DNA from: Trichosphaerium sp. ATCC 40318
Taxonomy: Eukaryota > Protista > Tubulinea
Assembly (NCBI GenBank): GCA_038496445.1
Contig: JALMLS010000581.1
Span: 1-59,249 of the forward strand
DNA: 59,249 bases
Direction: 5' to 3'
Shown here: piece after piece, positions 12,978-25,100 of the stretch
Layout: every line of letters starts with the position of its first letter
How positions within the stretch are numbered: position 1 is the stretch's first letter
Notes under the pieces: model-generated
The model's database searches: none
What the model was told of the DNA's origin: nothing
The model's input: the letters and a program-made list of their open reading frames with translations, nothing else
Made by a program: the position numbers and the translations under genes

Positions 12978-13908
12978 ATGCTTTTATCCACATTCCCAAA
13001 ATTGCCATTTGTTCAGTTAGGTTAATCAACAAACTGATCTGTTCATTTAGGTTAATCAACAAACTTATCAGTGAACTATTTTTACCAATCATTCGACAAT
13101 ATCAAAGGAGTTGTTTTTGACTTGTATACGTGAGTTAAAGTCGTTGCTGAATATTATAATTTTTTGTAACGCTTGTTAGTACTCTAATGGAAATTACAGA
13201 CCCTCACGGAGCGTATGCGCCGCTTTGGGAACATTTAAAATCCCTAGAACAGACACCAGCGCTTGAAGCTGCTACTAAAGCCATTGCGTACGCGTTGCGC
13301 GTTCTGTAGCGTACTAATCACCGTTTAGCCTTTCAATGCCTTTAAAAAACGCTTCAATAGAGGAAATATACAAAGAGCACATGAAAAAAGACATACCAGC
13401 AGACGTACTGAAGAAGATAAACGCGGCCGTTAAAAAAACAATTGCTACAGTGAAACCATATGAAGATGCCGTACGCACACTAAAAACGCTAAAAGAGTGT
13501 GGCTATAAAGTTGCCTTGATATCAAATGGTACGCATGTTTTTCCCACTTGTAGTTATCTGACTCTTTTTGTTTGAATAGTCTCAATGCCATTCAGAGATC
13601 CACCAAAGGATTTAGGCCTTTTACAACATTTTGACAGTGTCATTTTCTCAAGTGATATTGGTGTTCGCAAACCGGATCCAAAACTTCTAGTGGAGATGGC
13701 AAAAAATCTCGGTTTGGATGTAAAGAGCCTTGTAATGGTAGGTGATTCTATCAAGAGTGATATGGGCATCGCCAAAGCTGCTGGGTGTCGTGGTATTTGG
13801 ATGAATAGAGCAAAGAAAGAAGTACGGCCTGATAATAAGATTGAGTTCTATTGCCAGGTTGACTCTGGTGACGCGTTGGTAGCCTTGGCTAAGAAAGCTA
13901 AATTGTAA
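12978..13908 (+). CDS. HAD-superfamily hydrolase, subfamily IA (start uncertain)
   Basis: Motif I GVVFDLYxTL, motif II ALISN, motif III RKPDP, motif IV MVGDSIKSD. Confidence 0.9.
13010..13069. repeat. 30-bp tandem duplication (2 copies, 28/30 identical)
   Basis: tgttca(g/t)ttaggttaatcaacaaact(g/t)atc repeated twice. Confidence 0.9.
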
Positions 13909-14044
13909 ATAATCCACTGTAACAGATTTTATGTTGTTATTTCGAATACGGCTGTAAAAAATATTCGCAAAATAAAAGTCAACCGTGTTCTTCCAAATTC
14001 TCTGAGAGACAGTTTCTGTATGTAGCGATATTTCTCAGCGGTTG

Positions 14045-14846
14045 ATGGCAGAACCAAAGGGAGAACGTAGTAAGTGATGAGTTATGGTAAAAGCTAATAA
14101 ATGCTAGCCAACCCAACTAATATTGCGAGCGTTTTGCTCTGTGCGGCTTGTAGCAATGTTTTACTGCCTACTCGGCTTCTTAGCTGTACAAAAGCAGGAC
14201 CAATAATTATTTCTGGCACAGGGCCTTACCAGAAGAAGTTCTTGGGCAAAACAATTAATGAGATACCACACCCAAGAAAGAGCGAGCTGAAGCTTAAAAA
14301 ATTAGAGTGCGCGAAATGTAAAGCTATCGTTGGTACTGTTTCTAAGTATCCTTGTACGCGAACGCTTATTGTCCTATCTGCTTAGGAACTGTAAAAAGTT
14401 TTCGAGTCAAAAACCGCGTAACGCGGCCTCGTATTATGTTCGAACATACCGCAATTTCTTTCAGTATTAATGGCGATATCAAGTCTTCTAAAGAATTTAT
14501 TCATCTCACAAAAACGAACCGTTCTCAACCAAGGAAAAAACAAACTAAACAACAGTATGTACACGTGCCTTACATTCCCAAAAGAATGAGGCAAGAGACA
14601 TCTAAAAATCAACAGACACCTGCTTCAAAGGCTATGAAGTATGTACCAAAAGGTAAATCTACGCCTGAAAAAGAGCCTGTGAAGCGAGTGGAGTATGTAC
14701 CCAAGAGGCGACGAGAGAACGAAACCGGACCTATAAGGCGAGTGAATAATTCACGAGAAAGTAGGTCGCAGAATAAACGCGTGAACAGAGACAGGAATTC
14801 TAAATCTAACAAAGGAGACCCATCCAAAACTAATTCTAAAATGTAA
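14045..14846 (+). CDS. Zn-binding beta-tent (RIG-I CTD/Yippee/Mis18-like) domain + basic linker; probably the 5' part of the ZNFX1 gene
   Basis: LLCAACS...PHPRK...KLECAKCKAIVG followed by a K/R-rich linker. A GTAAGA donor overlaps the apparent stop codon. Confidence 0.65.
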
Positions 14847-14908
14847 GATTCTATACAAACAATAAGCTTTGATTATAGTGTCTTGTTCTCTCAATTGTCC
14901 TTAAAATA

Positions 14909-17900
14909 ATGAGTATTAGAGCGTATGAATCAAAGCAAGATACCAGAGGCAGATATGATAGATCAAATCGAGACAGAGGCGGCCAAAATAGAAGAGAAAA
15001 ACAGTTCACTTTCTACAATGAAACTCAAATGGTGAAGTTCTTGAAAACGCGAGAAGCTTACGAAAGGGATACAATAGTAGATGTATTACTTGGGAAGGAT
15101 AAATCAGGATTTAAACAAATACTTGATAGCGCTAAGGATCTCTCAACAATAGCTGCTATCATAGACTTCCTTCTTTCAAATTCTCTGCAAAACACTATGA
15201 AGCAATACAAGATAGAGCAATTATTTCGTGTTATACTTACTACTAGATTCGTATCACGTTTAGGGATGTACATACGTGTTGTACGTGTGTAGAAAGTTGT
15301 ACAAAGTTCTAACTTGCTACAGGGATGCAAGACCAAGGAAGAATTAGAAAAGGTTGTTAAACTTATGCAGTTGTGTCTTGACAGTGCACCCAATGATGTC
15401 AACGGTACTACCCAGATTTTTGAAAACAAGCTAAGAATGTATTCCTAGTACTACCTTTGTCTGATATATCCCGTCGTCTTGTTCAGATTGAAGGTGCAAA
15501 AGAACTCCTTGATGCTAAAGTGAATACTCTCTTTGAGATGAGGGATCAATTGGAAGAGATACAAGCAAGAGTGAGTATACAACCTGCAGTAGAGTCATGT
15601 GTATCAATTATCTTTTAGGGAGCAACTACTACTGATATAAACGAGAGTATTCTTGAGAGCAATGACTATCGTAAAGTGCCCACTTTGCCAACACGTTCTG
15701 ATTTGGCATGTGGATATCGTGATAAACTCTTACGACCAAACAAACCTGATGAACCTTGGGAACATCTTCGGATTTACCTCGATACTCACTTCAGACTTAT
15801 ACGAGAGGATTTCCTTCAAGTACAAAAACAATCTCTACAAGTATGTAATCCTAGTTTTAGCCAATGAGAGATGGCGTACAAAGTACTCTCAACGATGATG
15901 CTTCAACAAAGGATATTGCTGTGTATACAAATGTTCGTGTGAAGAGAATAGAAGGCGATAGGTATTGCTTTTTGTGTCAACCGTTTTTTCTTATCTAATG
16001 TTGTATTAGGACGGAGCTTATTTTGAAAGTGCACTTCACTCCTTACTCTCAAAATGTTCGTTGGCAGTTCTCGGATTTACTGATCTTTGGATCCTTGCTG
16101 TGCTTAATCCCGGAGAAAGACTTTCAAAATACAGATTTTGATAACATTGTATTTGCAACAGTTTCATCGCGCAGGTTAGAACTTTTTTGTTAGCATTCAC
16201 TAACAAATCACGTGTTTTATTTAGAGATATACGTAGTCTTAGAAACGGTTATGTTGGCATTAAACTTGCTTGTGTTAATGACTTTGCTGCTATGGACTTA
16301 TCCACTTCTTATATTATGCTTGAGAGTTCGTGCTACTGGGGTGCTGTACAGCCTGTTCTTGAATCTATGAAAACAATCAATATTGACGGTACATACATTT
16401 GTTACTTTTCTTTGTTTCATAACAATCTTTGTAGACTTTCCTTTCAAATCAGAACTTCTGGAGGGTGTAATGAAAAATGGCCCACCACCGTACCTACATG
16501 GAGTTTCTACAGATATTTCTACAATGTATCATAATCTAAGCGATGTAATGAATACGTGTACATTTCCTGTGATCGGTACCTGATGTTCATCGAAATACGT
16601 CAACTTACTGTTGTTCGTAGGAAAAGGGTCTTGGCCTGAGACTGAAGAACTTCGTTGTATCCTTGATCCATCTCAGATAAATGCAGTAAAACACACATTT
16701 AATAGCAAGCTAGCTCTTATTCAAGGGCCTCCAGGTAAGCATTGAGTTATTTTGAAAGACGTTAATGTCTTGTGTAGGAACTGGAAAGACGTTTGTTGGT
16801 GTTAGAATAACCAAAATTATTAATGATATACTGGAAACGAAGAGGAAGACGGAACAAAGAGAGCCTCCAATACTTGTTATTTGTTATACTAATCATGCTT
16901 TGGATCGTAAGAAGTTCAACATCATTTGTAATTTGTAGTTTTCTTATTGATTCTCGTTTATGTAGAGTTTTTGGAGAACTTGCTCGATGACATACCAAAA
17001 CTAGTCCGCTTTGGGTCAAGAATGAAAAGCGAGAATCCTCAATTAGCAAGTAGGAAAATCAAAGAACTAATGCCAAGATCAGCATACGGCGCAACTGGAT
17101 TCGAAATACGAAAGACAACAAAGCACCTATACACTTGTGTATGCCGCTTTTCTATTTCAATATTGTGTGCTCATATTTAGTAGGTTGAGGACGCAGTACA
17201 GAGGTGGAAAACTATATGGTACCCACGGTTTGAAGAGATGCTACCTGGAAATTTACAGAGGCAACTTGAAACAATTCCAAGGGTAAGAAATTCTGAGCAT
17301 GTGGGCATTATCAACCTAAAAAAAATACAAGGGAGTAAAAAAAGTAGAGTTCGCTAGAGGCTGGAACGTATGGAGTGAGGGAGTGGAAAAAGTTGTTGCT
17401 GAAGAACAACGAAGAGAAGCCAAAGAGGCACAAAAAGCCAAGAAGCAAGGTTAGAACGATTATAGTAATATTGTTGTTGGCTAATTGTTTCTTGACAGCG
17501 AACAGATTTGCTGTGCTTGCAAACAAATCACCAAAGGAGTCTGAAAAAACTGAACAGCCAAAACCTGAATATTCTGATGAAGATGAAGACGCCTTGTATA
17601 TGAGGCAGCAAAAGGTAAGAATGACCTCAAGGTACATATTAACGAGTTTCAGTATATTCAGCACGCCGGAGCAGACGAAGCAGGTTGGCAAACTGTTGGC
17701 CCAAAAGTTAAAACAAAAAAACAATACAAAGTATCGGAACCTCAAACCTCACCTCCTCCAGCCACAACTCCAGTATCTAGACTGATTCAAGAGCAAAATA
17801 GTGAGTATGAAAAGTCTCTTCTAGCTGATCAACAAAAAGAAAAAGAAAAACAAGAACAAAAAAAGAAACTAGAAGCTGAAGCAGAGGTAGATGTATAAAG

Positions 17901-20900
17901 AAAACAAAGCAAACTAATTGTTTTTTAAAGGCAATAAAAAAGTCGGAGCAAACATTAGCAGATATGAACAAACAGTCAGTTGCAGAAAGAAGACGTATAA
18001 TGGCAACAATGTACAGTAAAATTCAATCAAATAAGTCACAAGCGAGTGAATCAACCACAACAGAAATTACTGTAGAAAAGCAAGAACAACAAGAACCAAA
18101 AACCAACCAAGTTGTAACTCCACATGTGAGTGTCTCTTCTTTTATTTATACTAACGACTATAGGTTGGAGTAGAGGTTCTTGATGGTGAGGGATCGGCAG
18201 AAGAAGAAGAGGTTGATGATGACGAATCAGAAGATGAAGAAGTAGATAGACTTCAAGAAGGCCGTATAGTTGAAGACTTTTACGACATTGAAATAACCAA
18301 CGAAATGCTACAAGATGTCGAACTTGACGATGAACATAAACAGCATGATAAATACTATTCATTTTATAACCACATACCTTACTTACCAGAAGATCTACAA
18401 AAGACAATGGCTAGATTACGTTCTCTAAAAGACAAGTCTATTTGGAGCGTACCACTCTCTCAGCGAGTTCAAATCGTGGAGGACTTGAAAAGGTGATAGT
18501 TTATGATTTAGTTTTTAATTTGATTTTCTTATTTTTTTCCAAAGATGTTGGACAAAGTACATTCAAGGAAGAGTTACGACTGCCGTCGATGAACATAAAC
18601 GATATCAAGATAGAATGAAACAGCTCAGGAATGAAACCAAATTAAGGTTATTACAAAAAGTACCTTTGGTTGGCATGACATCAACAGCCGCAGCAATGAA
18701 TCAAGAATTGCTAAAGAAATTAAAACCTAAAGTTATCATAATTGAAGAAGCAGCTGAGTTACTTGAAGGTCAGATACTCGCTTGTCTTACGCCGCATACA
18801 GAACACCTGATTCTCATAGGCGGTACGTATAGTATCACAGCTCAACCTTGAAACCCTCATTTGTTTTTCAGATCATCAACAATTACGCCCAAAGGTCAAT
18901 AATTACAACCTTCAAATGAACATTGTTAGAGGTATTTTGCTTTCAATTTTTAATTTAACAAACTTACGGGTTCACAAAGGTATTTCTGAAAATATATACT
19001 GGATAGACCATGATCATTTCCAAGACGGCGGCAACAGAAAGGTATGAGAATAATTTAAGAAATCTTGTGGTAACCGATAACCTGGCAGGTTCATAAAAAT
19101 AGATATGAGGCAAAGTACATGGCAAAGCTTACAGACTATTTACTCAAACAAAACTACACACACGATCAGATAACTGTATTGACAGCATATAAGGGTCAAA
19201 AATGGCTCATTAAAGAAGAAATGCAAAAAGTTGTTAAATCAACACTTCCACGCATTGTAACTGGTAATTCAATGTCCTTAAAGTACCTCACCCTGACTTA
19301 ATCTAATCTTCTTGTAGTTGACGACTATCAAGGCGAAGAGAACCTAATAATCTTACTGTCGCTGGTGCGATGTAACAAAGGAAAGTACATTGGGTTTTTG
19401 AAAATGGAAAACAGAGCCATTGTTGCTCTTTCACGTGCAAAGCATGGGCTTTATGTTATCGGTAGCAGCAAAACTCTTGAAAGAGATAAAATGTGGAGGC
19501 ACGTGGAGATAAACAAAGATTGAGAGCTTTTATTGACGTCTAAGTAGGTCAGTGATTTCTAAATTCAGAGATATGAACTGTATAAGTAAGGAACTTACTA
19601 TTGAATGCCAAAATCATCGAGGAACTTTTGCAAAGATAAAAGAACTATCAGATTGGGATGAAAAAGCACCTCAAGGAGGTAATATACATACCATAAAATA
19701 GTATTTGACTCAATTTAACCTATAGGATGTACTTTACACTGTAAAGAGCAATTAGAGGTACACAGTTTTTCATTTCAATAGACAAATTAACTTTAAATTA
19801 GTGTGGTCATGGCTGTCCTTACCCTTGCCATAACTTTCCTCATGATAGTACGTATTGCACAACATTTTTTGAAAACTAATACTTTATTCTTAACAGAGAT
19901 CAAATGCTTCAAACCTTGTGAGCGTAAGCTAGACTGTGGCCATAAGTGCACTCGAACGTGCTACCAGGAATGTGAACCTTGTATGACAATGGTTCAAAGA
20001 ACCCTACCATGCGGTCATACGAAGAGACTTGCCTGTCATAGAGATTATACAGCCATGAAGTGTACCGTGAAAATTAAAGAGGTACAAAAGTGTATTAACA
20101 TTTGTCTAACTCAAGAAGCTGTTGGCCTGTGGACATGAGAGTACAAGGAGATGCTGTGATACTCCGAAGTGTCAGATATACTTATCAACAACGCTATCTT
20201 GCAAGCACACCATCAGGTGCTTCCTTGTAAACACAACTGCCAACACCCATGGTGCGTTTTCTGACTACTATCGCCGTCACTAACTAAACGTGTGATAGTA
20301 TTTCATGTACTTCTGAACACGACATGGACTCTTGTACAATCCAAAAACGAACGAACATGCCTTGTGGTCATTCTATGCTGGTTAAATGTGGAGACCATCC
20401 ATGGTCACTACCATGCACAAAGAAATGTCGTAACTACTGCACCCACTCTAGATGTCGTAAAACTTGCGGGCACGTTGATAGAAAACAACAAAAACAAGCA
20501 GTGCGAACGTGACTAACTTTATGTAAAGCGAGGCATGCTTGCCATGTGTTGAACGATGTCCATGGAGGTGCCCTCATTATAAATGCACTAAAAAATGCCA
20601 CGAGATATGCGACAGGCCACCTTGTCATCGAAGGTGTACGAAAAAACTGCCTTGCTTTCACAGGGTAAATACTTGAAGTGTTTTTTACAATACCATGTTC
20701 ATCTTTTGTAATAGTGTCGAGGCCTTTGTGGCGAAGAGTGCCCACCATGTCCTAAGAAGGAGTGTGGCGGAAATAAAATAATGTTCACTTCTCAGGATTT
20801 TATGGAAGAACCTCTATCAGATATTGAGCCAGGTAGACTCCTTTATGTGGTTCCTGAATGTAATCATCTTTTCGACGTTGGAGCGTTTGATAGATAGTAC

Positions 20901-21520
20901 GAATATTTTATAGAGTATTCGATGTAATTGTGATTAGCATGCTTGATGAAAAGGTACAATCTAACAAGGGACATGTTTCCTTTAAAGCAAAGAGTTGTCC
21001 AAAATGTAGCAACGAGATAAGATATAGCTTCAGGTACCATACAACTGCTGTTATTTTGACAATCTAATTTGCAAAGGTATGGAAATGTTATCAAGAAGAG
21101 GAAGAATCTTTTGCTGAAGTTAAAGAAAAAGTACATCGCTGAAGCAAAGGAGTTTGAACGTAAGAGAGAAGAAGCAAGAAGGAAAAAGAACTTAGAATTG
21201 GCGAAGGAAATACTTGCTATAGTGAGAAAAGCTGAAAAGCTCTACATGAACAGAACGTAAGTTCAGAAGAAGCAGTTTCTTTTCATTAATATTACACTAG
21301 ATACGTTTGTCCTAACGGTCACCCTTACTTTATTGCGGACTGTGGAGGCGCAATGGAAGAATCAAAATGCCCAGATTGTGGAGCTAAAGTTGGTGGAACA
21401 AGTCATAGGCTGGTATCAGGAAACCGGTAAGCATAACATTGCAATTGTGCACAATAAACTAAGCAGGAATATAGTGCAGCAACGGAGTTTGGCTCACCAG
21501 GTCCTGCATGGCCACAATAG
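14909..21520 (+). CDS. ZNFX1: ZNFX1-like SF1 (Upf1-like) RNA helicase with NFX1-type zinc fingers, RING-like and RZ domains
   Basis: HFRLIREDF, IQGPPGTGKT, CYTNHALD, VGMTST, IEEAAE, LILIGDHQQLRP, VLTAYKGQ, VDDYQGEEN, ENRAIVALSRAKHG, repeated LxCGHxC fingers, PECNHLF...CPKC, and C-terminal CPNGHPYFIADCGGAMEESKCPDCGAKVGG. Confidence 0.95.
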
Positions 21521-22142
21521 AGCGTTATTGCGCTATATTAACAAACGCTACGACTGAAGAAAAATCAGAAAGTATTGGGGTTTCACTTGAGAGTGTCACT
21601 TGTGCGCAGGAAAGCACGCTTGTGTAAAGTTCAAACTTGGCTGTAAAATAAACAAACTTTTCCTTTTTTCTTTTTTTGTCACTTATAAGAACAATATTGC
21701 TTTACGTATTACAAGTGATACGTTACCTCTATAAAAGGGTGCTATTAATTCCCCACTTTTCTCCTACTCGTTAATCGTTTTTTTTTATCAATTTTAAAAT
21801 GCATCTTGCATTTTAGAGCCAATCGTGGCTCACTGTTGAAAACCTATTTTAATCGTTAACACTGGCACATCATACCGATTTAGAGAGGTTTGAAGGTTTT
21901 TGTAGAGATAAGTAAAAAATGACACATTTCAAAACCGCATTGACAGTTTTCTCCAGTGACAGTCTTAGAAGATAAATAGTACTGTATATGATACATATAA
22001 TTATATTCCATAACCCCAAGAACAATTTATTAACAGAACTGCACGAGATTGCTTGCAAGTTGCAAAAATGTTCAGAAAACAAAAAAAATCAAATCAGAAA
22101 AAGACAAACGACGTTTGCACCACCTAACCAAAACGTTATAAA

Positions 22143-25100
22143 ATGTTATACCGCGTACAAGCATTGTGCGCGTTTGCATTTTTGCTTTCGTATGGCACGT
22201 TAAACTAAGAACTAACCTAAAAACGGTTTATAATAACCTCTCTGTTTAGTAGCATGCGTTGATACATCTACTCTTAAAGTAGTTGCGATACTACCTTCGA
22301 CACAGTCGGTTTTAACTCCAAACGAACGTATGTGATATAAACAACCCTTAAACGTTAATTATAGCATTGTTGGTAACGAGGCACTAAATTGTAGTTTAGG
22401 CGTTAACATTTGGGGAAAGCAGCCCTTAACAGTCGTATTTAATCGGTGAGTTACTCAAAGCCGTTACTTTCTGTGATCTCACGTGACGTGTAGGCCAGTC
22501 ATCGCGTTAGGCTCCGACTACGGATCACAAGTTCCTGAAAATCTCATTCCATTTACACTAAACACTGATGTACCTGGTTCATTCAGATGGGTTACAACTA
22601 GTATTGCTCGTTGGGATCCTGATATTGAATGGCCACCTCACTTGGAGGTTTCTCTAGCTTTAAAGAACGACTTTACTTCAGCTGACGGTTTGAAACTTGG
22701 TTCGTTTTTTTTCACTTTGGGACGAAAGCAATCTAACCGTTATTGTAGAGAACGGCCAACTGACACAACAGTTTTTAACCCCAACTCGTACGTGATGTGT
22801 TAGTACTTATTTTTTACTAACGGTACCTCAGTATCCGTCGGAGCTAACGTTGAGTCAACATCAGCCAGCGAACTTACTGATAATCATTGGTACCAAAGGC
22901 TTTAACTTTCGACATACTAAAAGTTGTTATTATAGGTCATCTAATGTACGTTCATTCCTACCAGACGGTCGTACTGTAAGAGATAGTGCCATACACGAGT
23001 GCCCAAATGATGCCATTGTACAGCTTGATTTCAGCTATGGTACCTCACAGCCAAACTTTTACAAGTGCTAACTCTTTTTTGATTAGATGTTGACTTGGAC
23101 ATTATCCAATCGTCCCTTACGCTTGTTAAGGATTCAGATGGTAAGTCTAAAAAGCAGTGTTACAGGCCACGTTTTTCTTATATATTGTTTAGGTCTTGTT
23201 CTTCCTTTAACATCTGTGGCTTATTGTGATACCGCTAATAAGAGATGTATAAAGGTAGATATACCTGAACTCGAGGATGAGACAAACTACTCTCTTAAAC
23301 TACCTGCTGGTTCCTCTTTCCACGAACACGGCGGTGTTCTTCCTAAAGATATTGTCACTAGATTATCTGGTCTGTTCTCTTTTGTAATACCATTCGTACA
23401 CTCGACAACTCCTCGTTATGTACGTTACGGTATTTGGATGAGACATGGTCTATCAGGTGGTGAAACCAGCCTTCCAGGCACGAATATATACCTCAGCAAC
23501 AAACCAACTTCTAACTTTATTTATTTTTAGCTCTCTCAGATTCTATCGAAATACGAGGTGTTGAATCTGGTGCGCTCATTCCAAAGACTCTATCACTTTC
23601 CAATAAAGGTAGCAATTAAGAAACAACTTAGCCTAGTACTAACTTGTATTCAAGGTCTTGTTATTGTACACGTGCCTGAAGTTAAAGCTTTGACTGAGTA
23701 TACTATTAAAGTACATGCAAATGCACAAGTCGCTGATGGGTATGGGCTATTGTTGAAGGCATCCGAATTTACTTTCACCACTATAGCGAAGGTAAACAAC
23801 ACTACAATCCATATTTTTTTACAACTCACTCGCTTGCTAGCCAACATATTTCACCACGTGCAGTGCTTCTCTTTTTGATACAACATTCACTAGTGATTGG
23901 TATACTTATACTCAAGCGCAAACAGGCACAATTAGGTACTATTGAGTTATGGTTCTGTTAATGAAACCAACAGAGTCCTTTTTGCTGGTTGTTACTTACT
24001 TTTGCGCAATAGAGGATACAAAGTCACCAGTGCCAATCTTAATGAAATCATGAATCTTCTGTCACAAAGCCATGCCTCTTATGTAAATACTCCACTGACG
24101 CCTGATGTACGTTGTCTACTGTTTGGATATACGCACTCACTGTGCGTTTGTAAAGGAACAAATTGAAGTTGACGGAACTCGTGATCTAGCTGTGTCTGTC
24201 TTGCCTACAACAAAGTTTTTCGGAGATGGTTCTTCCGATACATTCATTTACCGTGATACATATACAAGCTATGGTAATACTAGAAATAGTATTCAGATTG
24301 TTGGAAAACCAGATATCTCAGCAACTACTTTTTCAACTCGGTTGTAAGTCAATTATTTGTCTTTGTTTTGAGTCAGTGTGGTTAACTAATAATATTCAAC
24401 TAGTGATGGCTCAGTCGGTGTTTGGATATCTAAATTGAGTGAAGCCACAAGCATTTCTGGCGCCACGGCTAGTCTTTGGTGTAAATCATCTAATAACATT
24501 CGGTTATTTTCAACTTCTAGTGCACGTGAAATTTTGTGGGTCATTTTTGGGATTTTCCTGCTAACATTCTTTTGTAGCCAACAAATGCAGAAGGTTTGAC
24601 AGAGCTCAATTATCCTACGAGTTCAGTGCGAGACTGCTATACAAAAATTCTTGTAGTAAAGACCAGCGAAGGCAAGATACTCATAGTCGTACGCCAAAGA
24701 GTTTCCATCTTGTGCATTGTAGTTAATTTGTTTTCCTAACAGGATGACAATAAATACTTTCAAACTCCATCAGACACTACAAAAATAGCAACGATTACTA
24801 CAGATAAACCATTCTATAATATTGGTGATACAGTTCACATGGTACATGGACATTTACACTTGTTTAATACCGCTAACAAAGTTGGTTTTAGAAAGGTTAT
24901 GTCCGCAGTTTATCGAGATCTGATACTCGCATTTCTTCTATGAACCCTTCTACTGTATCCTTGCAGTACGTATACTGATGATGAGTAGTATCATTAAGTA
25001 CTCACCACATCTGTTAAGGACGACTTGGAGAAAAACTCAAAGTTTGCCAACTATTGTTGATGTTGAAGATTATGATAGTTCTTTTGGTTCCTTCAGTGCT

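Noticed and set aside
14345-14386. U12-type intron (GTATCCTT donor; also at ~24955)
   Set aside because: Using it leads to a stop, whereas the GTACTG donor at 14332 keeps the frame. The second instance lies in an exon.
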